NCBI GenBank assembly: GCA_041941365.1
Contig: JBGTQK010000012.1
Location: 13,415 to 77,414 of the forward strand
Direction: 5' to 3'
Length of the DNA: 64,000 bases
Source of the DNA: Cellvibrionales bacterium
GTDB taxonomy: Bacteria > Pseudomonadota > Gammaproteobacteria > Pseudomonadales > UBA7434
How positions within the stretch are numbered: the stretch's first letter is position 1; every line of letters begins with the position of its first letter. Positions 19,658-28,578 of the stretch are shown piece after piece. A program made the translations under genes and the position numbers. The notes beneath the pieces are model-generated. The model was not told the origin of the DNA. It searched no databases and saw nothing but the letters and a program-made list of their open reading frames with translations.

Positions 19658-21757
19658 CTATGATTTGAACCAGTTTGGGGATGTCCACGCTCGTTCTTGA
19701 ATAGTATCCGGTAAACTGCCATCGCAACATGCCTGTAATGGGCTATCCACGTCCAGGCTGTTGCATGATACATTTCGCTGTTGAAACTCTGCATTACATT
19801 GCAATTTACTCCAACGGCATGAAGGCACTTCAACAACCCTTGTGTAATAAAATGTTGAGTGATTTTTATTAAAATCAGGATCCTGCCAAACAGTACATAA
19901 GTTAGAAAAACCAGAACGTGTACTTGAACAAGTTGTCAGATCAACACCTATATCATTGCCATAGTCTGTCGTATCACCTGCAACATCATAAACTCTTTCA
20001 TGAGATACACCATTGTCATCTACCCACCCTTTAACAACCTGAAGCTTTTCTAACGGATTACCTGGATTGTTTGGCGTACCGCTATCCATTGATGCATGGA
20101 TAGCAATCTTTGGTGATTCAGTATTGGATGGCAAATCGGATCCCATTGGCACACCGTTTTGATATCCTGATTGAACAAAGTCCGGTCGGCTGCATAAATC
20201 ATTCGGTATATTGTCACCTGAGAAAGTTCTAACAAGCATCCGTGGTCCACTAGTTGCATAAGTTTCTTTCTTTTTCATGTTTTCGAATAAGGCATTTCTG
20301 GTATTTTGCTCAGACCACACTACCGCTAGTCCACCTGGGCTGTAGACCGATACACTACCTATACCCAACAGTGCATCGACCCCTGGTATCAGCGTTGCAG
20401 CCACATCAATTATTGGTGAATTAACCAGATCTGACACTGTAATTCTTTCTTCCACATTGTCATCATTCGTACCAACATGCCCTAACCAGCCTTTTTCATC
20501 CACTTCACCAGGCGTAGCATTATGATTATCTGTTGAACCAATAAAGCCAAACTTAAACGGATTAACTCCAACACGTTGATACTCTTCCAGACCTCTTCTT
20601 AACCCCCCACGTACAAACTCGGAGGGTTCTACACAAGCCCCTGTAAGTCCTCCACCCAGTAATAAATTAAAATCAGAGCATAAAGGCAGACACTCCTCAC
20701 TGTCATTGCCATCAAGCTCGCAGATATCATCAATTATCAATTCAAAATCACAAAGCTCGTCATTACTTCCATAAGATGCTGAGCTGTTGATACACTCAGA
20801 GGCACCTTTGTGTTGATAAATTTCAACGATGGGTTCTAAACGTTGGCGCTGAGCTGCAGTTGCAGAATCATAGGGAACACCCGACCTGATTTCAGGCTTA
20901 AAAAAATCGCCATTACCCAGATTAGAGTTATGAGGAATCGTTAACACTTCACAGCCAGTACCTGCATCTGTGCATTCCTGATCTAACATGGTCCATAATT
21001 CTGTTTGTTGTGGCGCATCAAAATAGGAGATGGGACGCTCAGGAACATTCTGGTTTTTAAAGAATACATTTCTATGTTGATTTCCAAAATTAGGGGTACC
21101 CGTCCATTCGTAACCAACAAAGCTGGTAAAGCTGCATGCTCTGGAACGATCATAATGATCTTCGGCCGCTTGCTGAATACTGGACCAGACTTCGGATTCT
21201 ATCTTTTTGCACTTTTTAGGGTTTAATGTACATACACTGCCATCAAGCACAGCGTTAGGAGCAGATAGAGGCAGGCCCAATAAGAGAATAAAAGATAAAG
21301 TGTCTAGTAGACCTCCCCCATCTGGGGTTCCACGCGCAGTAATACAATAAGGTGAAAGATATTGCAGGCTGTCTTTTTCAAAACAGATATCTGTTTCTGC
21401 CAAAAACTCCGCATGATCCGATATCCCGGCAAAATCTAACGGTCTCTCTAATGTTGTAAAACGTGTGGGATTGCCATCACTATCATAAGGCGGTAAGCCT
21501 ATAGTTTGGCCTTTGGCAAATTCATAGGCTTTACTAGTATCATTTCGCACTCCAAATTGTGCTGCATCCAGAGATAAACCTGTATGTGTATGCATATCAC
21601 CAAAATAAGGACGTTTATTTGGATCATAGTTGTTACAATAACCTAACTCCTCATTTGAGCCGTCCTCAATTGTTGGTGGCTGCCTGGACATAGACACGAC
21701 TTCTATACTGAAAAGCAGTGCAATAAAAAACGATATATGTTTTATTGTTACATTCAT
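19658..21757 (-). CDS. DUF3604-family exported PHP-like metallohydrolase
   Basis: FGDMHTHT..SLDA, LDFAGISDH, GYEWT, HRN, IPHNSN, TDNHN and QERAWTSP motifs. Confidence 0.85.
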   Translation of the reverse strand: MNVTIKHISFFIALLFSIEVVSMSRQPPTIEDGSNEELGYCNNYDPNKRPYFGDMHTHTGLSLDAAQFGVRNDTSKAYEFAKGQTIGLPPYDSDGNPTRFTTLERPLDFAGISDHAEFLAETDICFEKDSLQYLSPYCITARGTPDGGGLLDTLSFILLLGLPLSAPNAVLDGSVCTLNPKKCKKIESEVWSSIQQAAEDHYDRSRACSFTSFVGYEWTGTPNFGNQHRNVFFKNQNVPERPISYFDAPQQTELWTMLDQECTDAGTGCEVLTIPHNSNLGNGDFFKPEIRSGVPYDSATAAQRQRLEPIVEIYQHKGASECINSSASYGSNDELCDFELIIDDICELDGNDSEECLPLCSDFNLLLGGGLTGACVEPSEFVRGGLRRGLEEYQRVGVNPFKFGFIGSTDNHNATPGEVDEKGWLGHVGTNDDNVEERITVSDLVNSPIIDVAATLIPGVDALLGIGSVSVYSPGGLAVVWSEQNTRNALFENMKKKETYATSGPRMLVRTFSGDNIPNDLCSRPDFVQSGYQNGVPMGSDLPSNTESPKIAIHASMDSGTPNNPGNPLEKLQVVKGWVDDNGVSHERVYDVAGDTTDYGNDIGVDLTTCSSTRSGFSNLCTVWQDPDFNKNHSTFYYTRVVEVPSCRWSKLQCNAEFQQRNVSCNSLDVDSPLQACCDGSLPDTIQERAWTSPNWFKS

Positions 21758-22030
21758 AGCTTAAGTCCATTATTTATAAATTTAAAAATACTTAACACGT
21801 TTCTTTAACAGGTTATATCTTTATTTTTTTGATAAAAGTTTAATGGAACTAACAAAAGCCATTTATCTAAAAGCGACATGTATTTATCGATTTACGTCAG
21901 TGTGGGAATTTATGGTATAGATTAACAATAAATATCAGGGATGAAACTGTCAAAGCAGGACATTTATTTACCTGTCTGACTAAATGATTTTGTTTTTTGA
22001 TGATAAAAAGTGCGAACAGTCTATTTAATA

Positions 22031-24286
22031 TCAGCCACTTTTTAATAAACTAACGTGATTATCTTTCTTCTTTGACCGAAAGCTGCTTAGAATAAATCTG
22101 TTAAGCAACGTTTCAATATATTTTATTTTTTCTTGCATATCTTTACTTGTTTGTGCAGTATTACTAACCAAATCTTCATTTTGTGTATTCATTTTTGCTA
22201 TCGATTTCAATTCATGATCTATAGCCTGAATACTCTGCCTCTGATTTTCTGACGCTGCCGTTATATCTTCAATTACATTTCCTACATTTTCTGCACTTGA
22301 ACAGATTTGTTGCAATGCCGATCCGGAATTGTCTACTAAACCTGTACCTGACTCTACTTTTTCTAATGTATCTTCTATAAGATTATTAATATCTTTTACT
22401 GCCGATGCACTTCGTTGAGCAAGGTTTCGGACTTCACCTGCTACAACTGAAAACCCGCGTCCGTGCTCTCCAGCACGAGCTGCCTCAACAGAAGCATTAA
22501 GTGCTAACAGGTTAGTTTGAAAGGTAATATCATTAACAACGTCAGTTATATCTGAAATCTTATTACTCGATTCACTGATTTCATTCACTGCATGAATAGC
22601 GCTTGTTACTATATCGCCACCTTCTATAGCCAGATTTTTTGATTCATAAGCAGCCTTTAACGCAACTTTTCCATTCTCAGAACTACTGATTACATCGGTT
22701 GTAATCCTTTCCATCTCGTTGGTAACAGCACGTACTGCTGAACTTTGCTGTTTAACCCGGTCTGAAAGAAGCTGATTGTTATCTGCTACGGTTGTACATG
22801 ATGACGAAATATCTGTAAGGTTTGCCTGCATTTCTTCAATAGTTTGAGCCAGTGAATCAACTAGCTTATTAACACCGTTAGCAACCGTTAGGAAAAAGTC
22901 ACTCTTATCATCAACTGATATTTTCTTGGATAAATCCCCATCCTGAACAGCTGAAATCACTTTATTGATTTCCAACTCAGAATTTTCTTCCTGCGTTTTT
23001 TCACGCCATTCAATTACACTCCCTATCTGGATGCCATCAGCATTAATAACCGGATCAGCCCGACAGACAAAGACACATTCATTAAGATGTAAAGTTACTG
23101 GTTCATTACATTCTAAAAGTGAAAGTATCGATGAAGAAAAACCGTCTATAGAACAGATACTCTCAAGTTTTTTATCTTTCATTTGATTAACAGAAAGATT
23201 TAAACAATCAGCAAGAGTACTTGTTTCCAGAGTTTTCTTCATTAAATTATTCAGATAACAAATTTTTTGATCAGAATCTACCATCATAACGTTCTGACCA
23301 ACGTTATCTAACGACTGTTTAATTTTGTTATTCTCTTCAGCCGATATTCTTTCTGCTTCAATTTGTTGCGCTTCCATTAACTGGATTTCCTCAAGCGCTT
23401 TCTTTTCTGCCAAAACTTTTTCTTTTTCTATCCGTTCCTTTTCCTCATTAGCCTTACGCTCAATTTCAATTTGATTGAGTAACCCCGTTTGCATTTGCTT
23501 GATAGCAGTTAGCAACTCGGAAATTTCATCACTACCAACTATAGAAATATCCGATGATAAATCACCTGTTCCAATTTTATTTGCCAGAGACACTGTTGAT
23601 TTAAGCGGTCTTGTAATTTGCCTGGCAATAATAATACTTACTAATAAACCTACAATAGTCGATATAATTAGCATCAATATAATGGTATTAGAAATTTTCC
23701 GATTATCTTTTGATATCTTTGCAAGCCCATGGTTAAAACGGTTTCTTTCATCAGCGACTATTTCATTTGCTAACTTTTTTGCTATGGTAGTCTGAGCCAG
23801 AATTTCAGAAGTTTTTTGCAGTGCAATATCATCTTTATTCTTTCTCGCTGCTTTTATCGCTTGCATTTGAGTTGGGCGAATATCCGTTAGAATTTTTGTT
23901 AACGTCTTTACACGTTCTTCATCAGGAAGTACAGCAGCCAGATTATGGAGTTTCTCATCAAGAATCGATGTAGCCTGAATAGTCGCTATACTTGCCTTTC
24001 TTGACTCCCTTCCCTGAGCCGCTATCAATAATTGTAATCGAGCATCAACTTCTACTACTGCATCACCAATCTCCATTGCATGATTACCTCGCAATTGAGA
24101 AGCTTCTACCAATTCTTTTAATTTTTTATCCTGTGTATAAGTATTAAATACACTAACTAAACCTGAACTCGCACCAAATGCCAGTAACACAAGCGCCAGG
24201 ATTATTATTTTATAAACCCAGGAAATAGAAGAAAACAGATTAACCAATGTCATCCTTTTCTTTGGGTGTAGATTCCCTTCTGACAT
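22031..24286 (-). CDS. Methyl-accepting chemotaxis protein with HAMP and PAS-like domain
   Basis: Two TMs, HAMP, PAS-like segment ([13 protein letters not shown]...IEWREKT), [24 protein letters not shown]. Confidence 0.9.
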   Translation of the reverse strand: MSEGNLHPKKRMTLVNLFSSISWVYKIIILALVLLAFGASSGLVSVFNTYTQDKKLKELVEASQLRGNHAMEIGDAVVEVDARLQLLIAAQGRESRKASIATIQATSILDEKLHNLAAVLPDEERVKTLTKILTDIRPTQMQAIKAARKNKDDIALQKTSEILAQTTIAKKLANEIVADERNRFNHGLAKISKDNRKISNTIILMLIISTIVGLLVSIIIARQITRPLKSTVSLANKIGTGDLSSDISIVGSDEISELLTAIKQMQTGLLNQIEIERKANEEKERIEKEKVLAEKKALEEIQLMEAQQIEAERISAEENNKIKQSLDNVGQNVMMVDSDQKICYLNNLMKKTLETSTLADCLNLSVNQMKDKKLESICSIDGFSSSILSLLECNEPVTLHLNECVFVCRADPVINADGIQIGSVIEWREKTQEENSELEINKVISAVQDGDLSKKISVDDKSDFFLTVANGVNKLVDSLAQTIEEMQANLTDISSSCTTVADNNQLLSDRVKQQSSAVRAVTNEMERITTDVISSSENGKVALKAAYESKNLAIEGGDIVTSAIHAVNEISESSNKISDITDVVNDITFQTNLLALNASVEAARAGEHGRGFSVVAGEVRNLAQRSASAVKDINNLIEDTLEKVESGTGLVDNSGSALQQICSSAENVGNVIEDITAASENQRQSIQAIDHELKSIAKMNTQNEDLVSNTAQTSKDMQEKIKYIETLLNRFILSSFRSKKKDNHVSLLKSG

Positions 24287-24338
24287 ATATTAACTTCCCC
24301 TTATTTAATCAGACTTAAAATTTTAGCCTGTATTTCCA

Positions 24339-24776
24339 CTAGTCCCTAAGCGACTTTATGTATTCTACTACCGAATTTAACTCTACCTGATTAATTTGCT
24401 TGCCCCAGGCTGGCATTTGAGGAGAGCGTCCAACTCTTTCGCCACCATCCTGGATTATCTTTTTTAATTCGTTACTTGATAAAATGCTAACAGTCAAGTT
24501 AGCTGGCGGCGGATTTTTTATTATTTTCGACATACGCCCATCACCTTTACCTGTTAATCCATGGCATAGAGCACAACGCGTCTCAAAAAGATTTTTACCA
24601 ACCTCCAAACTGGAATGGTGCTTATCTCCAATTTCATTTGAAGCATAGCAATTGATACACTTTTCTTTAGAATCTAATACACCATACTCAAGAGCAGATG
24701 CCTCTTTTTCTGATTCAGCAAAAAGCAATAGCGATAAAAAAATAATACCAATACCCAGTTTTTTGATTGTAATCAT
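24339..24776 (-). CDS. Monoheme class I cytochrome c
   Basis: CALCH heme motif, distal SPQMPAW; an extra CINCY near the N-terminus. Confidence 0.85.
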   Translation of the reverse strand: MITIKKLGIGIIFLSLLLFAESEKEASALEYGVLDSKEKCINCYASNEIGDKHHSSLEVGKNLFETRCALCHGLTGKGDGRMSKIIKNPPPANLTVSILSSNELKKIIQDGGERVGRSPQMPAWGKQINQVELNSVVEYIKSLRD

Positions 24777-25090
24777 TCGACATTAACTTCCATATACATA
24801 TCAGGATGTAGTGCACACTCGACTTCAACAAGACCAGGCTTATCAAACTTTACTTCTCTTGATTCTCCTTGTGGAAAAGAACCCAGGTCAAATAATGCAG
24901 CATCTGACAAACTGAATATGTTATGAAAAAAGGAATCCTGATTGATAAACTTCACCGTATCGCCAACTTTCACAGTCAGGTTTTCAACTGTAAATTTTTT
25001 GTCTTTTTGTCCAACCTCATGCACTTCTGCATGAATACTCGCACTCAATAACAATGCGAATGAAGAAAATAACATTGCAAATACTTTCAT
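24773..25090 (-). CDS. Cupredoxin (type-1 copper, MauL/plastocyanin-like)
   Basis: HN...CALHPDM ligand set; signal peptide from MKVFAML (25090). Confidence 0.85.
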   Translation of the reverse strand: MKVFAMLFSSFALLLSASIHAEVHEVGQKDKKFTVENLTVKVGDTVKFINQDSFFHNIFSLSDAALFDLGSFPQGESREVKFDKPGLVEVECALHPDMYMEVNVE

Positions 25091-25150
25091 AATAACCTCG
25101 TTTTTTAAATTAGTGTTTAACGAATTAAATCGCATCTTTGTAACTACAAA

Positions 25151-26203
25151 TTAAAGAGGCAGTACCGGTAACTCAAAGGGTTTTCTAGGTGAAGATAATG
25201 CTTTCATAAAAGCAATAAGATCTTCTTTTTCCTTTTCTGTTAATGACAGAGATTTCATATTAGGCGATACATTTGTTTTCACTTTGCCGCCAGTAATATA
25301 GTGCTCAACAACATGTTCTAACGTGTCTGAAGAACCGTCATGAAAATATGGTGCTGAATATTCAATATCTCTTAACGTCGGCGTTTTGAATGCTCCTTTC
25401 ATTAGCCTTATAGGCTTTTGATGATAACGGCCTAAATCTGGCTCTTCCTGATCGAACGAAGCTAAACCAAGATTATGAAAACCATTATCCGTAAAGTTTG
25501 GTGCAGAATGGCAAACTTCGCAGTTTCCTTTATCTGGATCAACAAATACTTTAAAACCACGGACTTGTTGTTTATTCAATGCTTTTTTATCACCTGCAAC
25601 CCAGCGATCAAATGGTGAGTCTTTACTGACGACCGTCCTTTCAAAAGAGGCAATAGCTTTACCGAGAGTTATTTCGTTAATCCCTTCTCCTGGATACGCC
25701 TTTTCAAACATTTTGGAATATTCCGGATGTTCACGTAACCAGACTAACGCTTCTGGTATATTTGTATTCATTTCCACATCAGACTTCATTGGGCCCAATG
25801 CCTGACTCTCTAATGTCTTTTCTCTACCGTCCCACATTTGTATAGGGTTATAAGCCGTATTGGTAACAACCGGAGATGTTCTACCCAGGAATTCTCCTGT
25901 AATACCCTTGGCAGTAGCTAACCCGTCAGACCATCCAAATAACGGGTTATGACAAGTAGCGCAAGATACACTCCCATCACTACTCAGGCGCGCATCAAAA
26001 AAGAGCTTTTTTCCTAACTCGATACGTGCTTCGTTCGGAGCATTATCTTCAGGATAAGGAACTTCACCCATACGCCATACTTGAAGTGATTCATGCCCGG
26101 CTTTAAATACATACGATTCATGATTTGTTCCGGCATTTAGCTGGACACTAAAACAAAAGAAATATAATAAAAGATAAAAAGGTAAATGAACTGTACGTTC
26201 CAT
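25151..26203 (-). CDS. Diheme cytochrome c peroxidase/MauG-family protein
   Basis: CATCH and CEVCH, QMWDGR, FKTPTLR, APYFHDG. Confidence 0.9.
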   Translation of the reverse strand: MERTVHLPFYLLLYFFCFSVQLNAGTNHESYVFKAGHESLQVWRMGEVPYPEDNAPNEARIELGKKLFFDARLSSDGSVSCATCHNPLFGWSDGLATAKGITGEFLGRTSPVVTNTAYNPIQMWDGREKTLESQALGPMKSDVEMNTNIPEALVWLREHPEYSKMFEKAYPGEGINEITLGKAIASFERTVVSKDSPFDRWVAGDKKALNKQQVRGFKVFVDPDKGNCEVCHSAPNFTDNGFHNLGLASFDQEEPDLGRYHQKPIRLMKGAFKTPTLRDIEYSAPYFHDGSSDTLEHVVEHYITGGKVKTNVSPNMKSLSLTEKEKEDLIAFMKALSSPRKPFELPVLPL

Positions 26204-26568
26204 GATGAGTATCCCTCTCTTTTCCCCGTTCTTTTTAAAAGTTTTTCTATAATAAAATCAGTTAATATCCCACTGATCTGTACTTTGTAATCCCTGTACT
26301 TATTTCATGCACTTAATTAGTACACTATAAATAATTAATATAGCACCCTTTTCCTGGTTACATATCGAAAAACAGTTTATTTCCAAGGTAGACTTTATTT
26401 TGAGACTCAGTTAAAAAAAGTAAGTTTCGCTAAACAGGAATGATATAATTTTTTAGCATAAAAAAGTGACAAAAAGACTTTAAATTATTAATTATATTTT
26501 TGAACATAGCAAAAGAATAACCAATTCGGATTGAATTCAAATAGCCTTGCCGGTATCTGGGGACAGTT

Positions 26569-26683
26569 TGAGGTTGCCATAGTTTAACGGATACTTTAAT
26601 TGAGCGACAATGTCGCAAAAGGAGTATCTAATGAGTAACAAAAGAAAACCCTATAAAACCTATACCAAAGAATTTAAGGTAGA
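26569..26683 (+). mobile_element. IS3-family left end with truncated orfA
   Basis: TGAGGTTGCC... terminus, RBS AAGGAG, ATG at 26631 giving MSNKRKPYKTYTKEFKVD, a typical IS3 OrfA start, then interrupted. Confidence 0.7.
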
Positions 26684-26737
26684 TGTAATGGCCGGGGTTT
26701 TCTGTACCAACCGATACGCGGTTTTACGCGGCCTTCA
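26684..26737 (-). mobile_element. Probable right-end remnant of a second IS3-family element
   Basis: Minus strand GTG AAG GCC GCG TAA (VKAA*) followed by ...GTACAGAAAACCCCGGCCATTACA ending in CA. Confidence 0.45.
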
Positions 26738-27272
26738 CTCACCCAAGCTGTTAGTAACCAACACAGAAGCAAACAGCGACTAATGGCAAAAAATGGCTGC
26801 ACTGTTGCCAGGGCGAACACACTTTCTACTAACCATTTCAATCAGTTAACGTTTTTTTGTATTCGCCTTACTTTTTTAGGCGAATACACTTTTCCCCTGT
26901 TAAGTCAACGACTTAACCCTTGCAGCGAACCTGCATCAGGTGTGGCAACTTTTCGATTATTATTTGATCTGCTCTGATGGGTTATCTCTATTCTGTTTTT
27001 AAGGTTTTTTCTTTTAAAATATTTAAAAAAATGTAAATAAAAAAATACTTTTTAGTCTTTATTTTAAAAAAATTATTCAAAAAAATAAAAATGGCTGATC
27101 AACTTTTAAAAAAATGCAGTCACTTTTTTATAAAAAGCAGATCAGTTATTTTAAAATAAGAGCGCTCGTTTTACTCACAACACTTAAAAAAATATTAGCA
27201 ACACTTGATCAATTGGTTAAACAAAAAATGATAATAATAACCCGGTTATCCATAAAACATCAGGCTATGCCT

Positions 27273-27376
27273 GCCCTTCGCATCAAGCCTGCGGTGAACA
27301 TAATGTGGCATTATACGCAGTGCTAACGCACCGTCCGCTTCGCCGTATAATCACATTATGTCTAAATGCGAAGGGC
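27273..27376. repeat. Nested inverted repeat containing two dif (XerC/D)-like sites
   Basis: Outer IR GCCCTTCGCAT / ATGCGAAGGGC; inner IRs ACATAATGTG / CACATTATGT and ATTATACG / CGTATAAT. Confidence 0.7.
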
Positions 27377-27409
27377 TAACAAAATCGGTTAATACCATGC
27401 AAAAGGATT

Positions 27410-28000
27410 TTACTTCTTTGATATCCAAGCTCTAATAGGCATAACCCATTTATTAGCAGGATCAAGAGGAAGAGAAGGCAAGTATTCTGTTACCAAACGT
27501 TCTTCGGTTACAAGACCATATTGATTGACTGTATCTACCAACTTTGAATCTAACTCCCAAAATTCCTCTGATATATCCCAATACTCCGATACACCTTGAT
27601 CATTAATAATATCCAATCCTACACATAACCAATCGCTTGGCAAAGCAGGAATATCAGCAGGCAAAAAATCAAACCAGCCTTCTTCACAAGCGTTTAGATA
27701 TGAATTTTTCTCAACCTGCCAAAAAACTAGTATTCCCTTTTCATCATCACTGCAATTACTAAGAGCTTCTTTTTCAGAAGAATAAGCCCCACACAACAGG
27801 TCAACATGACCTGGGCGATTAGAAATAATTGCTTTGGGCCGTGGAGATAAATTTAGATCAAAAGAAAGTATCTTTTGTACTTTATTACCAGCAGCACCTA
27901 ACAGATTAGAAAAATCTTTTATGTCTAAATCACCGACCTTCCAATTACTACTCTCTGAAATTGGACTTCGTAAATCATATCCTAAGTTAATCCATTCCAT
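27410..28000 (-). CDS. Putative immunity protein for the orphan Rhs C-terminal toxin
   Basis: 196-aa acidic protein starting 8 bp after the orphan toxin stop; call is positional. Confidence 0.55.
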   Translation of the reverse strand: MEWINLGYDLRSPISESSNWKVGDLDIKDFSNLLGAAGNKVQKILSFDLNLSPRPKAIISNRPGHVDLLCGAYSSEKEALSNCSDDEKGILVFWQVEKNSYLNACEEGWFDFLPADIPALPSDWLCVGLDIINDQGVSEYWDISEEFWELDSKLVDTVNQYGLVTEERLVTEYLPSLPLDPANKWVMPIRAWISKK

Positions 28001-28008
28001 AAATTTGG

Positions 28009-28362
28009 CTACCTCGTAAAATTAATCTTCTCCGAGATTCCAAAATTTGGATCTCTAATTTCTATCTTAGGTATTCCACCAGAACGTCGTGAGCTAGCAG
28101 GCCGGAATATTACCTCCCGACCATCATCAAATACAGATCGGAAACCCTTTCCATTCCCTAATGGTTTTGCTGAATCACCAACCAAACTTCTAAACAAATT
28201 AGCTGCATCATTACTACTACCGTTTATGCTTGTCTTAATCTCAGTTAAACCATTTCTTAAGGTTCGGCCAACAACCGGATCACCACCACCAACTAAGGGA
28301 ACCTGCTTACCGTCAAGGTTAAATGTTCTTGTTAAGGCTCCGCCTCCACTCTTTGCAACACT
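28009..28362 (-). pseudogene. Orphan Rhs C-terminal toxin module (no dedicated start)
   Basis: Frame stays open upstream of the tracked ORF to a stop at 28369-28371: SVAKSGGGALTRTFNLDGKQVPLVGGGDPVVGRTLRNGLTEIKTSINGSSNDAANLFRSLVG...IFRPASSRRSGGIPKIEI...EKINFTR. Confidence 0.65.
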
Positions 28363-28378
28363 ACTGCATTATCAAATA

Positions 28379-28567
28379 TTAAACAGCCTCTATATGCTCG
28401 GCCTTTAATGCCAACTCAGCTACAGTTTCGCCTTTGTCTCCGCAAAACTCCACTTCATACGCCTGCTCAGGCTCGTTGAAGACCGCAACAATGACGCCGC
28501 GCATGCCTTTCTCAAGGCGCTCTTCAGGCAAATCAACTTTTAATACTACAACGTCATTTATATCCAT
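28379..28567 (-). CDS. DUF4926-like small protein, cognate immunity of the Rhs toxin
   Basis: DVVVL..DLP...L..G..GVIV.V......YEVEF....GET motif; immediately follows the Rhs stop. Confidence 0.8.
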   Translation of the reverse strand: MDINDVVVLKVDLPEERLEKGMRGVIVAVFNEPEQAYEVEFCGDKGETVAELALKAEHIEAV

Positions 28568-28578
28568 GCATCATACCT

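Noticed and set aside
24640-24665. CINCY as a second heme site in the small cytochrome c
   Set aside because: Lacks the His of CxxCH; treated as a possible disulfide or relic only.
26783-27326. Short ORFs 26783-26977 and 27114-27326, and an AT-rich imperfect palindrome near 27089-27157
   Set aside because: Low-complexity A/T tracts; no RBS or motif support; the palindrome may be compositional.
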